The notes beneath the pieces were generated by a model that did no database searches, was not told the DNA's origin, and was given only the letters and a program-made list of their open reading frames with translations. A stretch of DNA of 64,000 nt from Eledone cirrhosa (taxonomy: Eukaryota). The stretch spans positions 114,266,001-114,330,000 of the forward strand of contig OZ024744.1 of assembly GCA_964016885.1 (NCBI GenBank), given 5' to 3'. Position numbers and translations under genes: made by a program. Below are positions 39,605 through 53,013 of the stretch, in pieces. The stretch's first letter is position 1. Each line of letters opens with the position of its first letter.

Positions 39605-42600
39605 GGGGTGGGTGGAATAATTGGGGGTGGGTGGAATAATTGGGGGTGGGTGGAATAATTGGGGGTGGGTGGAATAATTGGGGTGTTGTGGAATAATTGG
39701 GGGTGGCTGGAATAATTGGGGTGTTGTGGAATAATTGGGGGTGGGGTGGAATAATTGGGGGTGGGTGGAATAATTGGGGGTGGGTGGAATAATTGGGGTG
39801 TTGTGGAATAATTGGTGTGTTGTGGAATAATTGGGGGTGGGTGGAATAATTGGGGTGTTGTGGAATAATTGGGGGTGGCTGGAATAATTGGGGTGTTGTG
39901 GAATAATTGGGGTGTTGTGGAATAATTGGGGGTGGGGTGGAATAATTGGGGGTGGGTGGAATAATTGGGGGTGGGGTGGAATAATTGGGGGTGGTGGAAT
40001 AATTGTGGGTGGAATAATTGGGGGTGTTGTGGAATAATTGGGGGTGGGTGGAATAATTGGGGTGTTGTGGAATAATTGGGGGTGGGGTGGAATAATTGGG
40101 GGTGGTGGAATAATTGTGGGTGGAATAATTGGGGGTGTTGTGGAATAATTGGGGGTGGGTGGAATAATTGGGGTGTTGTGGAATAATTGGGGGTGGGGTG
40201 GAATAATTGGGGGTGGGTGGAATAATTGGGGTGTTGTGGAATAATTGGGGGTGGGTGGAATAATTGGGGGTGGGTGGAATAATTGGGGGTGGGTGGAATA
40301 ATTGGGATGTTGTGGAATAATTGGGGGTGGGTGGAATAATTGGGCTGTTGTGGAATAATTGGGGAGTTGTGGAATAATTGGGGGTGGGTGGAATAATTGG
40401 GGGTGGGTGGAATAATTGGGGGTGGGTGGAATAATTGGGGTGTTGTGGAATAATTGGGGGAGGGGGGTGGAATAATTGGGGGTGGGTGGAATAATTGGGG
40501 GTGGGTGGAATAATTGGGGTGGAATAATTGGGGTGTTGTGGAATAATTGGGGGTGGGTGGAATAATTGGGGGTGGGTGGAATAATTGGGGTGGAATAATT
40601 GGGGTGTTGTGGAATAATTGGGGGTGGGTGGAATAATTGGGGGTGGGTGGAATAATTGGGGTGTTGTGGAATAATTGGGGGTGGCTGGAATAATTGGGGG
40701 TGGGTGGAATAATTGGGGGTGGGTGGAATAATTGGGGGTGGGTGGAATAATTGGGGTGTTGTGGAATAATTGGGGGGGTGGAATAATTGGGGGTGGGTGG
40801 AATAATTGAAGGTGGGTGGAATAATTGGGGGTGGGGTGGAATAATTGGGGTGTTGTGGAATAATTGGGGTGGGGTGGAATAATTGGGGGTGGGTGGAATA
40901 ATTGGGGGTGGGTGGAATAATTGGGCGTGGGTGGAATAATTGGGCTGTTGTGGAATAATTGGGGGGGGGGGATAATTGGGGTGGTGGTGGAATAATTGGG
41001 GGTGGGGTGGAATAATTGGGGGTGGGTGGAATAATTGGGGGTGGGGTGGAATAATTGGGGGTGGTGGAATAATTGTGGGTGGAATAATTGGGGGTGTTGT
41101 GGAATAATTGGGGGTGGGTTGAATAATTGGGGTGTTGTGAAATAATTGGGGGTGGGGTGGAATAATTGGGGGTGGGTGGAATAATTGGGATGTTGTGGAA
41201 TAATTGGGGGTGGGTGGAATAATTGGGGGTGGGTGGAATAATTGGGGGTGGGTGGAATAATTGGGGGTGGGTGGAATAATTGGGGTGTTGTGGAATAATT
41301 GGGGGTGGGTGGAATAATTGGGCTGTTGTGGAATAATTGGGGAGTTGTGGAATAATTGGGGGTGGGTGGAATAATTGGGGGTGGGGTGGAATAATTGGGG
41401 TGTTGTGGAATAATTGGGGGTGGGTGGAATAATTGGGGGTGGGTGGAATAATTGGGGTGTTGTGGAATAATTGGGGGTGGCTGGAATAATTGGGGGTGGG
41501 TGGAATAATTGGGGGTGGGTGGAATAATTGGGGGTGGGTGGAATAATTGGGGTGTTGTGGAATAATTGGGGGTGGGTGGAATAATTGGGGGTGGGTGGAA
41601 TAATTGAAGGTGGGTGGAATAATTGGGGGTGGGGTGGAATAATTGGGGTGTTGTGGAATAATTGGGGGTGGGGTGGAATAATTGGGTGTGGGTGGAATAA
41701 TTGGGGGTGGGTGGAATAATTGGGGGTGGGTGGAATAATTGGGGTGTTGTGGAATAATTGGGGCTGGGTGGAATAATTGGGGGTGGGTGGAATAATTGGG
41801 GGTGGGGTGGAATAATTGGGGTGGGGTGGAATAATTGGGGGTGGGTGGAATAATTGGGGTGTTGTGGAATAATTGGGGGTGGGATGGAATAATTGGGGGT
41901 GGGTGGAATAATTGGGGGTGGGTGGAATAATTGGGGGTGGGTGGAATAATTGGGGTGTTGTGGAATAATTGGGGGTGGGTGGAATAATTGGGGGTGGGTG
42001 GAATAATTGGGGTGTTGTGGAATAATTGGGGGTGGCTGGAATAATTGGGGGTGGGTGGAATAATTGGGGGTGGGTGGAATAATTGGGGGTGGGTGGAATA
42101 ATTGGGGTGTTGTGGAATAATTGGGGGTGGGTGGAATAATTGGGGGTGGGTGGAATAATTGAAGGTGGGTGGAATAATTGGGGGTGGGGTGGAATAATTG
42201 GGGTGTTGTGGAATAATTGGGGGTGGGGTGGAATAATTGGGTGTGGGTGGAATAATTGGGGGTGGGTGGAATAATTGGGGGTGGGTGGAATAATTGGGGT
42301 GTTGTGGAATAATTGGGGCTGGGTGGAATAATTGGGGGTGGGTGGAATAATTGGGGGTGGGGTGGAATAATTGGGGTGGGGTGGAATAATTGGGGGTGGG
42401 TGGAATAATTGGGGGTGGGTGGAATAATTGGGGTGTTGTGGAATAATTGGGGGTGGGGTGGAATAATTGGGGGTGGGTGGAATAATTGGGGGTGGGTGGA
42501 ATAATTGGGGGTGGGTGGAATAATTGGGGGTGGGTGGAATAATTGGGGGTGGGTGGAATAATTGGGGGTGGGTGGAATAATTGGGGTGTTGTGGAATAAT

Positions 42601-42852
42601 TGGGGGGTGGGGGGTGGAATAATTGGGGGTGGGTGGAATAATTGGGGTGTTGTGGAATAATTGGGGGTGGGGTGGAATAATTGGGGGTGTTGTGGAATAA
42701 TTGGGGGTGGGTGGAATAATTGGGGTGTTGTGGAATAATTGGGGGTGGGGTGGAATAATTGGGGGTGGGTGGAATAATTGGGGGTGGGTGGAATAATTGG
42801 GGTGTTGTGGAATAATTGGGGGTGGGTGGAATAATTGGGGTGTTGTGGAATA
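39605..42852 (+). repeat. ~19-bp G-rich tandem array (gggggtgggtggaataatt)n, ~170 copies
   Basis: Direct reading, with variants ggggtgttgtggaataatt. Confidence 0.97.
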
Positions 42853-42941
42853 AAAACTGAAAAATTAATAATCGTTGGGTGGAGAATTATCGGAGAGCAG
42901 AGAGTAGGTGTGAATGTGAATGAAATGTAAGGTAAACTTAC

Positions 42942-43017
42942 TTAATACCATAATAAAAAGCAGCTATAATGATAGAAATGAACAGTAATGAACCAAGGAC
43001 TCCTCCAGCAATTGTCT
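42942..43017 (-). CDS. Receptor guanylyl cyclase transmembrane exon: (K)TIAGGVLGSLLFISIIIAAFYYGI(K)
   Basis: Acceptor tattatttcag, donor gtaagt, 76 nt, phase 1/2. Single hydrophobic helix, with phases matching the flanking exons. Confidence 0.9.
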
Positions 43018-43519
43018 CTGAAATAATATACAACCATATAATAACAAGGGTCTCACATAACATCATGTAATTAGTTCTTTTTTCTGGCAACAATACATAC
43101 ACACATACACACATACACACAGACACACGGACACACACATACACACACAGACACACAGACACGCGCACACACACACACAACACACACATATATATGTAAC
43201 TTAAGAAAATTAACAAAGAAAGGACAAGACAACAAATGGAAACAAAACAAAAAAATAAAGGAAACCTTAAAAAATTATTTAAAAAAATAAAAATACAAGC
43301 AAAAGACACAGAACTCCATGGTCATAGGCTGTTGAGATGGACTTTGGCAGTTTCAACCCCTTCCAATGGTACTGCTGGTCCCTTCTGGGTCACAGTGTCT
43401 GACATAAGCCAAACACTATCCAATGGAGTAAGAGATGAGAGACAAAACATTAATTTATAGCAATTAAGCTAAATTCACAGAGAATGTTGTGTGATGTCAG
43501 GAAATAATATAAATAAAAA

Positions 43520-44505
43520 AGCATGTTTTGCAGTGTGAGGACCAGAAACAGGAGGTGTTCAGGATTGCGAGGCAGGGTGTCAGAGAAACTTGTGATGTCA
43601 TTGGAGAGAAGTGTGTCTGGGTGCCCTCACAAGTGCTGAGAAGAAAGCTACGTGGAAGAACCATTATGAAAGTTTACTGAATGAGGAGAATGTATGGGAG
43701 AAAGAGACCCTACCCCAAGTGGACCCTATAGAGGGCCCAGCAGCGTAGTCAGGAAATTAAGGATAGGGAGGCTGGGAAGGCAACCTGTCAATCAGGTATA
43801 GCTGAGGAGATGCTGAAGGCATCTGGGTCGGTAGGTCATACCATAATCACACATATTGTTAACCAAATAATACTGGAGGGTGTCATACCAAAGGATTGGT
43901 GCAGCAGCATCATTGTCAACTGCTACAAGGGTAAAGGTGATGCACTAGATAGAGGAAACTATAGAAGTATAAAGCTGATGGACCAGGTAATGAAAGTAAC
44001 AGAAAGAGTTATAGTACAGTTGATTAGGGACCGGGTAAAACTAGATGAGACGCAGTTTGGGTTTGTGCCAGGAAAAAGCCTCACTTCTAACTGCCTCACT
44101 TCCTTGTGAGGCAGTTAGAGGAAAAGTACCTATCTAAAAGTAAGCCACTCTACCTGGCATTTGTTGATTTAGAAAAAGCCTTCGACAGAGTGCCTCATGC
44201 TATAATCTGGTGGGCTCTTAGAAAACTATGAGTAGATGAATGGCTTATGAAAGCTGTACAAGCCATGTTTCGGGGAGCAGTTAGGATTAACAATGACTAT
44301 AGTGAGGAATTTAGTGTACAGGCGGGTGTCCACCATGGCTCTGTTCTTAGGCCTCTCCTGTTTATTATCATACTGCAGGCTATAATAGAGGTGTTTAAGA
44401 CCAACTGCCTGTGGGAACTCCTGTACGCAGATGATCCTACACTAATAGCAGAACATATGGTGGAACTACAGAAGAAATTTCTGATAGGAAATGCAAAGTC
44501 TGCAA
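43520..44505 (+). mobile_element. RTE-type LINE fragment
   Basis: [28 protein letters not shown] and LLYADD motifs. Confidence 0.92.
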
Positions 44506-45220
44506 ACTAAGCCCACAAACTAACTGCAAAACTAGGAATGTAGTATATAGCATAAGATGTACTGAGGGACAATGTAGAAATAAGAACATAACATACATAG
44601 GTGAAACAACTCGTAGCATAGGAGAAAGGATAAGTGAACACTGGTGAGAACTCCAGGATGGGAAAAACTCATCAGTACTCCACCAACATGCCAAAATAGA
44701 ACATAGGGGCACATTAGAGAAGATAGAGATAAAGATTATATCCACACACAGAAAAGATGCAATATTCAGACAAATCACAGAGGCAACAAATATAAACAAA
44801 CTCCAACCAAAATGAAACAGAAACCATGAGTGGAGGACAAAATGAAGACATACAGACACACACAAAAACCAAACTAACAAAACAAATCAGACACAGATAG
44901 AACAAACAACCAACTAGTGACATAAATAAACACATAAATAAATAAAAACACACACACACACCCGGATGTACCGCATGCGCAAACTAAGCACACAACACAC
45001 AACAACAAGATGGTGTAGGACAGAACAAAGGAGAGACAGACAATAAAAACTCAGTCACTGAGATCACAGAATGTGTGATGAAAGAACTTTGACAATATAT
45101 AAACAAACCATCCAGTTATAGAACCAACCAACCAACCGGGAATTTATATTAAATTTAAGTGAAAACTAACAGGAGCATATGTTTCTCTTGGCAACATGAC
45201 CCACCCAAAGTATAACAATA
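44505..45220 (+). mobile_element. Penelope-like element 3' part: GIY-YIG endonuclease remnant plus pLTR (family A)
   Basis: Reads CKTRNVVYSIRC...TYIGETTRSIGERISEH...LHQHAKIEH...RQITEA...N. It is followed by the sequence of the 16733/52153 palindrome arms, including a degenerate hammerhead at 45054-45093. Confidence 0.88.
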
Positions 45221-46239
45221 TATATATATATATAATATAGAAATGGCTTCTACAGTACTAGAACTGTTTAATTTGGAGAAATCATCAAGAAAGCACATAC
45301 ATATATATATAATATTACACGGCTCCTAACATTTTTTCCTTGAGCTATATTTAGTTGTAAGGGACTATTTTGAGTTTCTAACTCAATATATACTTTGATA
45401 ATATGGCCCTTTATGTTCTTTACAAGACACGCTGGGCTCTGAATGGCACGTGTGTTATTTAAAATACGCATTTCATTTAGTCTTCTAAGAAACCTAGAAT
45501 GTGAAGAGTCTGCTAATTTTTTTACACCCACTGAAGAGCAGAAGAATTGTTAATTCCCTCACATGATGCAAAAGTTTTACCAAAGACTGTCTGGATGTTC
45601 CATAGTTATCACAATCGGATTGTTTTTTCTTAATATTTTCTTTTAATTGAGTCTGGCAGACCGTTTTGTTTATAGTTAGTATACTATTCACCCTAGTGAA
45701 ATCTGGTCCCTTATAATCTGAACACAGATGTGTATATATCTGTGTTTTTCTCTCTTTATTATATTGAATTATATATATATATTGCATGATGGATAAAGTA
45801 CATCATCTATGATAAATATATATATATTCACTAGTTTCAATCAGTGGACTGTGACCATACTGCAGCATGATTTTAGGGGAGAGGTATAGATATTTGTCAC
45901 TTTTAAGAACATTCCAAATATCTGAAACTGCATGTGGAAGATACAGACACTGCCAGTGATAGTGAAGGTAACCTGTCTTGGAGAGCAATCACTCTGAATA
46001 AACTCAGACACAGGGTAAAGAGGACACTTAACTCCTGCCAAACAACCTCTCTAGTGCTGGTGGCATTATAAAATACATCCAATCTACACTATAAAGTAGT
46101 TGGTAATAGAAAGAACACATACCTACATACACACATGCACACACACACACACACACATATATATATACACACACACACCTATGTACATTCATATACATTA
46201 TAAAATAAGAGAAGATATGGAATGTAGCTTGTTACTCAC

Positions 46240-46351
46240 TTGAGTTGTCATAGATACAGAGATCACCATCAAATCCACACTCAGGTGTGTCAGGTGGGGG
46301 CTTGCCATCTTTTGTCAACCATTTAAATGGTGCTAATATTTTTATATTTTT
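46240..46351 (-). CDS. Receptor guanylyl cyclase extracellular juxtamembrane exon: KNIKILAPFKWLTKDGKPPPDTPECGFDGDLCIYDNS
   Basis: Acceptor tttgcattgcag, donor gtgagt, 112 nt, phase 0/1. The W...PPPDxPxCGFDGxxC motif is characteristic of NPR-type receptor guanylyl cyclases. Confidence 0.93.
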
Positions 46352-46449
46352 CTGCAATGCAAATATATATACATACACCATGAAATACTGTTGGCTTCAT
46401 GCTCACAATAATTTCTATACTTTCATTTATATACATATATATATATATT

Positions 46450-46731
46450 CATTCATTTCATTTCATTTTACGTCCACTTTTCCCTGCTTGCAAGGGTGGG
46501 ACGGGAACAGATTCTGGCTTGATTTCTACAGCTGGATGCCCTTCCTAACACCAACCTCATTTTACAGTGAGTGCTGGGTGCTTTTTTGCCGTGGCGCCTA
46601 CACGTCCACGTTGCAGTGGCCTATCATCTCATTTCTAAACTGGAGCAGTGTGAAATAAAGTGTCTTGCTCAAGGAAACAACACATCACCCGGTCTGAGAA
46701 TTGAACTCACGACCTTTATATATAAATATAT

Positions 46732-46777
<46 letters not shown>

Positions 46778-47010
46778 TCATCATCATCATCGTTTAACGT
46801 CCATCTTCCACGCTAGCATGGGTTAGATGCTTTTGTTCCATTTGATGCGGGAATGGTCGTGAGACCATGTCTTGCTCGTACAGAAGTGTCTCTGGCAGGA
46901 GTTTTACAGCTGGATGCCATTCCTAACACCAACCACATATACAGTGTGGACTGGGAGCCTTTTTACTGTATCTCCTACATGACCACCTTACAGTGTGGAC
47001 TGTTGTGTCA
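46450..47010 (-). mobile_element. Two SINE copies with RTE-like tails
   Basis: 46450-46715 matches the 51030-51435 SINE. 46775-47010 matches the 27345 and 34045 copies. Confidence 0.7.
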
Positions 47011-47179
47011 TCGACACAGTGGGTGGGACAGGAGAGGGAGGATGGGGTAGGGTGTGGTGGTGGGTGCGGGAGCGGGAGCGGAGGGGGGTGGGGGGTGGGT
47101 GTACATTGAGTTAAGAGGTGCCTACTGCTTGTAGGTTTGTATACAATGGCAGTCGGGTCTTCTGTACAACTGCATGGCA

Positions 47180-49012
47180 CCAAAGATCTCGAGCCAGTTC
47201 TTAGAGAGGTGTAGGTGAGCAAGGCCAGTTTTTATCACCTTGTCCCAGGTTTTTCTTGGTCTACCCTCCTCGTAGCTTCCATCAATGTTTATTGCCCTTC
47301 AATATACAGCTGTCATCCATCATACACATCACATGTCCATACCAATGCAATCTCCTCTCCAGAAAACACCATTTGATACCTCTTATGCTCAGTCTCTCTC
47401 TCAATTCGTTTATGCTTCGCCGTTCGCGTACATTACTATTACGCATCCATCGGAGCATGCAAGCTTCGTTTCTTTTTAATCTATGCAAGTCTTCAGCACA
47501 CAACACCCAGATCTTACTGCCATGTAATATCACCATTCGTATACAAGCATCATCCAATCTGCCTTTCACTTTTAGAGAAAAACCCTTTGTGGCCAACTGC
47601 GGTATTAGCTCTCTGAACTTTTTTCATCCCGCTCTAACTCTGGCTACTACACTTTCAGAGCACACACCACCACTGCTGATTTTGTCACCCAGGTAACAGG
47701 AAAGTGTCTACTATTTCTATAGAACCATCTGGGCAGTTGAAGGAGATAATATCCAGTGGGTCCTAGCTACTTATTGCACCTGAGGATCGGCCACATATAA
47801 AATCTACATTCTTAGATAGCTTACCTGTGATCCCACTACATCTTTTAAGTACCCATAGTTTGCATTTGGGAGATAGAATGGAGTTTCTACCTACTCTTTT
47901 CTTACACACTGAGCATGGCCATTTCCCAGAGAAGACCTGTGCCCTATTCTTTCTACATACTAGAACTTTAGTCTTAGACAAGTTAACTTTAAGGCCTTTT
48001 GATTCTAGGTCATGCTTCCATGTTTGGAATTTCTCTAGTTCAGCCATAGATTCAGCTATGAGAGTTAGATCATCTTCTTATAGAAGTTCCCATGGGCAGC
48101 CGGTCTTAAACCCTTCTGTTATAGCCTGTAGGACAATAATAAACAGGAGGGGGCTAAGGACAGAGCCTTGGTGAACCCCTACTATTACACTAAATTTATC
48201 ACTATATTTATTGTTAATTCTAACCTTGCTGACTGTTTCTTTATACATGGCTTGTATAGCTCTCACAAGCCACTCACTTCTAGTTTTCTAAGAGCCCATC
48301 AGATTAAGGTGCATGGGACGCTGTCAAAGGCCTTCTCCAGGTCAACAAAAGCTAAGTATCAGGGACTACTGTTAGCCAGGTGCTTCTGTAGTTGTCATAC
48401 AAGGAAAAGAGCATCTGTGGTACTTTTACCTGGCACTAACCCAAACTGCATTTCATCTAGATCAATTCGGTCTCTAATCAGTTGAGTTATAACTCTTTCT
48501 GGGACTTTCATGACCTGGTCAACTAAATTAATGCCCCTATACTTTCCTCTATCCAGGGCATCTCCTTTGCCCTTGTAACATTTGACGATGATGCTGCTAC
48601 ACCAGTCATTTGGTAAGGCCCCATTCTATATTACTTAGTTTACTATCCGGGTGACCATAGTATGTCCCACCATTCCAGATACCTTCAACATTTCAGCAAC
48701 TATCTCCGAAGGCCCAGCTGCCTTGCTTGTCTTCATATCTCTGATTGCCTTACTTACTACACTACCATTAACTTGCACAGCTGGTCCCTCTATTGTATCA
48801 ATGTGGGGCAGACTATTTTTATTCCATTCAGTAGTGTCTTGTAGTGACACTTCCAAGCTACCTTCTTATCAGTATCAGTGAGGGCAAGTACACCATAATC
48901 ATTACGGGCACACGTCTCCTTGACAATATCACAGTTCTCCTTGACACATTGCCTTGCAATCCTGAATATCTCACGTCTTTGGTCCTCCTGTTGTAGAATA
49001 TGCTTGAATTTA
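47180..49012 (-). mobile_element. 5'-truncated RTE-type LINE
   Basis: Same family as 13540-15690: GVHQGSVLSPLLF, WPCSVC...KRCSG and LHWYGHVM. Confidence 0.93.
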
Positions 49013-49014
49013 CT

Positions 49015-50761
49015 ATCTTATGCTTCCTTCTTCGTGGTTTATAAATGCACAGTCAAAACTAGTGATAATATATTTAACTATGTCGGTGCAACTTCTACAG
49101 AATTTAAAATTCGCTGGAATAACAACCACAATTTTACTTTCTGAAAATTTGATAAAAAACCTTCAACTTCTCTTTCAAACCTGATATGGAACTTAAAATG
49201 CAAGAATATAGACTGTTCATTAGCTTGGGAAACAGTTTCAAAAGCACCCACATACCGAAACACAGCTTTATCTAGATTCTGCAAATTGTGTATTGAGGAA
49301 ATTTTTTATATACTTAACTGTAAAAACTCTATTAATCTAAGAACGAATTTATTTAATTCTTGTAGACATCGCCAGAATTAAACATTCAGAACTATATATA
49401 ACTTATAATTATACTTATAATATTCCTATTAATCTCCATAACAATCTCATCTACTTGGTTTTAATATATTGATATCTCTAAATCATATCTGTAACATTTG
49501 CTGTACTTCCACATATAAACAAATTTTCATATAATGTATACGTAATTCTAATTTTTTTTTAATTTTAATTTTAATTTTAATTTTAATTTTAATTTTAATT
49601 TTAATTTTAATTTTAATTTTAATTTTAATTTTAATTTTAATTTTAATAATTTTTTATTTCTTTAAAAATTACTTATCTCTTAAAAAATTATTTTTTAAAA
49701 AGACTTTTTCAAAATTTTTCTCAAGGATTTTTTAAATTAAAAAAAAATTTTTTCAATATTTTTTCCAATATTTTTTCAAAATTTAAAAAAAATATTTTTT
49801 CAATATATTTTTTCAATATTTTTTAAATATATTTTCAATATATTAAACATCCATATATGTATCTTAAACATCCATACTTATTTTGACTAAATAGTCTCAC
49901 ACTAACAAATAAATAAATAAATAAAACCGGAGTTTTTTTCTTATCTTCCCTTTTCAATCATATAAATATAAATATTCCTACTTAACTCAGTTAATTTAAT
50001 TTAATTTAATTTAAAAGCATTCTCAATTTTAAATACATATTTATTTACATAAAATACAAAACCAATATCCCTCAAAACTCATTAGAACAACTATCTATAA
50101 CATGATATACCCATCTATTTATTTATTTATTTATTTATCTACTTATAAACGAATGAAAAAATATTATGTTATAAACAAATTTTAAACAACTAATAATCGT
50201 AAAATATCCTTTTAATATAAATACACATATTATTAAGATATATATTTACATATATACATAGATAATTGTTCGAATATATTTCCCTCAAATTAACGTTATA
50301 TGAGTTTTTTTTATTCATCTTCGCTTTTTTCCTTTTCTTTCTCTCTCTCTCTCTCACACTATTTTGTCCTTCTCTTCTCTCTTCTCTCTCTCCATAGTCG
50401 TTTAAACAAACGGTTGTTTCTCAATTATTTACATATTCATTTCCATATTCACCCATAGGTTTGAAAAATCGCTAATACTTTTCCACTATCCAGAGAATAT
50501 CCAACTGGTGGGGTGGGATTTTCCTGGGTATGTCTCTATTTATAAAACAGACTTTGTGTTTTATCTGAGGAAAGCGTACCAAAGTCTTTTGGAACCCTTG
50601 AAATATATATAATAAAATAAATATGGTTTTATAAATATAGTTTCCATTTATTTATTTAATATCATAGAATATTTACTCCCAGCATCTGTTGAGTGCTCTA
50701 AATCAATTATAAACATTTATATTTATATTTGTTGGATTTCCAACAAATTAAATACCCCTTC

Positions 50762-50765
<4 letters not shown>
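49015..50765 (+). mobile_element. Penelope-like element 3' part: GIY-YIG remnant, long AT-rich 3' region and family B pLTR
   Basis: VYKCTVKTSDNIFNYVGATSTEFKIRWNNH...STSLSNLIWNLK...W...CKLCIEE...CRH, then the hammerhead at 50559-50617 and the family B tail ending at (TA)n. Confidence 0.85.
50559..50617 (+). ncRNA. Type I hammerhead motif (family B), same sense as the upstream GIY-YIG ORF
   Basis: ttttat CTGAGGA aagcgtaccaaa-gtct-tttggaaccctt GAAA tatata TA ataaaa. Confidence 0.82.
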
Positions 50766-50816
<51 letters not shown>

Positions 50817-51029
50817 TAGAAGGGGTATTTCATTTAAGCGGACGTAAGATGAAATGATGATATATAATATTAAGAATATTAATAAATAGAAAATATCTTT
50901 ATAAACCCATATTTATTTTCCATTTATTAATATTCTTAATATTAATAATACTCCAGATAAATACTGTAGAGTGCTTCTAATCTGTTGTAAAATTAACTTT
51001 GTTGAATAAGCAACAAACTATATAGCTCA

Positions 51030-51070
<41 letters not shown>

Positions 51071-51435
51071 TTTACATCTGCTTTTCCCTGCTTGCAAGGT
51101 GGGACGAGAACTGATTCGGGCTTGATTTATACAGCTGGATGCCCTTCCTAACACCAACCTTATTTACAGTGAGTGCTGGGTGCTTTTTTCCGTGGCATCT
51201 ACACGACCACATTACAGTGTGGTCTGGGTGCTTTTTTGCTGTGGCACCTCCATGACCACTTTGCAGTGGAATGATAGGAACCCCAGTCCTATCACCTCAT
51301 TTCTACAGCTGAGTAAACTGGAGCAATGTGAAATAAAGTGTCTTGCTCAAGGAAACAACACATCAGCCAGTCTGAGAATTGAACTCACAACCTTTCGATT
51401 GCAAGGCCAATGCTCTAACCACTGAGCCATGTGCT
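51030..51435 (-). mobile_element. Near full-length tRNA-headed SINE with RTE-LINE-like 3' tail
   Basis: Minus strand head tggctcagtggttagagc (A box) ... gagttcaattc (B box). Tail ttgcaagcagggaaaagcagatgtaaaa(tga)n. Confidence 0.85.
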
Positions 51436-51457
51436 ATTTTTATATATATACATATAT

Positions 51458-52083
51458 ACATATATAAAAATGTTCGCTCTACATGGCTGAATACTTTAAA
51501 TGTAATCTGAGGTTTTCCAATATTAATAATAACATTCGATTCATTTGCAATTATGCAAACAAGCCTAAATTTTAAAGCCATGTCAGTAGAATGAACTCTT
51601 CATTCTTGCTCTTGTGTTGGCATGTAAACAGAACTGCAGACACTAATGTTTCTGGGTATCACCCTTCGAAAATATCAGATTACATTTATTGTGTTCAGCC
51701 ATGTAGAGAAAAATTTTTTTTTTTTTAAATTTAAATGTGGCAAAGCCGGCCATTTATCGGTCGTATACAGGAAACTGACTGATATGCAAATCTGGCTAAT
51801 CAGTAGATCTGCTAATATGCAGATCTGACTGATCAGCCAGTCTGCTAATATGCAAATGAGGACAATCAGTCACTGTGTATTTTAGAAAATAGTATATATT
51901 TTCACTAGCTCTGACAGTTGGCAGGTGAACAGTGAGCTGTACTGATGAAGGGTGATACCCAGAAACATTAGTGTCTGCAATTCTGTTCATATGCCAACAC
52001 ATGGCTTTAAAAATTAGGCTTGCTTGCATAATTGCAAACGAATCGAATGTTATTATTAATATTCGAAAAACTCAGATTACATT

Positions 52084-52087
<4 letters not shown>
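51458..52087. mobile_element. Complex fold-back element with hammerhead (family H)
   Basis: 51498-51582 is inverted at ~51999-52084, and 51613-51667 is inverted at ~51947-52002. Confidence 0.75.
51938..51979 (+). ncRNA. Minimal type I hammerhead motif with GUC cleavage triplet
   Basis: tgta CTGATGA a-ggg-tgata-ccc-a GAAA ca-ttag-tg TC tgca. Confidence 0.8.
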
Positions 52088-52152
<65 letters not shown>

Positions 52153-52157
<5 letters not shown>

Positions 52158-52740
52158 ATACTTTGGGAGGGTCATGTTGCCAATAAGAAACACACGCACC
52201 AGTTGCTTTCACTTCAATTTATTATAAATTAAATTTATAAATTTAAGAATTTATAAATTTCCGGTTGGTTGGTTGGTTTCACAACCAGACGATTGTTCAT
52301 ATATTATCAAAGTTCTTTCGTCACACATTCTGTGACCTCTTCAGTGACTGGGATTCTTTTCTTTGTTTTTGTGCCTCTCCTTTGTTCTGTCCTACGCCAT
52401 CTTGTTTTTGTGTGTGTAAAAAAACAACAACAAGATGGCGTAGGACAGAACAAAGGAGAGGCACAAAACCAAAGAAAAGAATCCCCAGTCACTGAAGAGG
52501 TCACAGAATGTGTGACGAAAGAACTTTGACAATATATGAACAATCGTCTGGTTGTGGAACCAACCAACCAACCGGAAATTTATAAATTCTTAAATTTATA
52601 AATTTAATTTATAATAAATTGAAGTGAAAGCAACTGGTGCGTGTGTTTCTTATTGGCAACATGACCCTCCCAAAGTATAACAATATCGGTTTCAACACGT
52701 TTTCAGATAAAGAATCTTACTAAACAAATTCAGAAACGAA
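52153..52740. mobile_element. Palindromic Penelope-like pLTR element (family A), second copy, with hammerheads at 52306-52348 (-) and 52488-52530 (+)
   Basis: Arms 52153-~52408 and ~52427-52684 are inverted. It has the same ~57-nt right tail as 17542-17600. Confidence 0.9.
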
Positions 52741-52750
52741 ATATATATAT

Positions 52751-52794
<44 letters not shown>

Positions 52795-52961
52795 ATTTAT
52801 AGTTATGTATATAGTATAAACAACTATAAACAGGAAAGGTCAGTAATTTCTTATTACCTTATTACCAGTAAGAGAAATAGTTCAATGTATGAACATCTGT
52901 TGTTTTACAGAGCAGGAAATAAATAAATTAGACAATTATCAAAGTTGTGTTCAAATCATTT

Positions 52962-53013
52962 AATAGCTGACAATCGTTTCTTCCAAACTCTCATTTGGAG
53001 TCATCGGAGCATT
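52962..53013 (-). ncRNA. Degenerate hammerhead motif (core CCGATGA)
   Basis: Minus strand: aatgct CCGATGA ctccaaa-tgagag-tttggaa GAAA c-gatt-g TC agctatt. One core substitution. Confidence 0.6.

Noticed and set aside
45525-45590. CTGAAGA-gca...tgc as a hammerhead
   Set aside because: Followed by AAAA rather than GAAA and has no stem I.
51365-51435. tRNA gene
   Set aside because: A and B boxes are present, but it is the head of a SINE continuing into a repeat body, and the acceptor stem is not intact.
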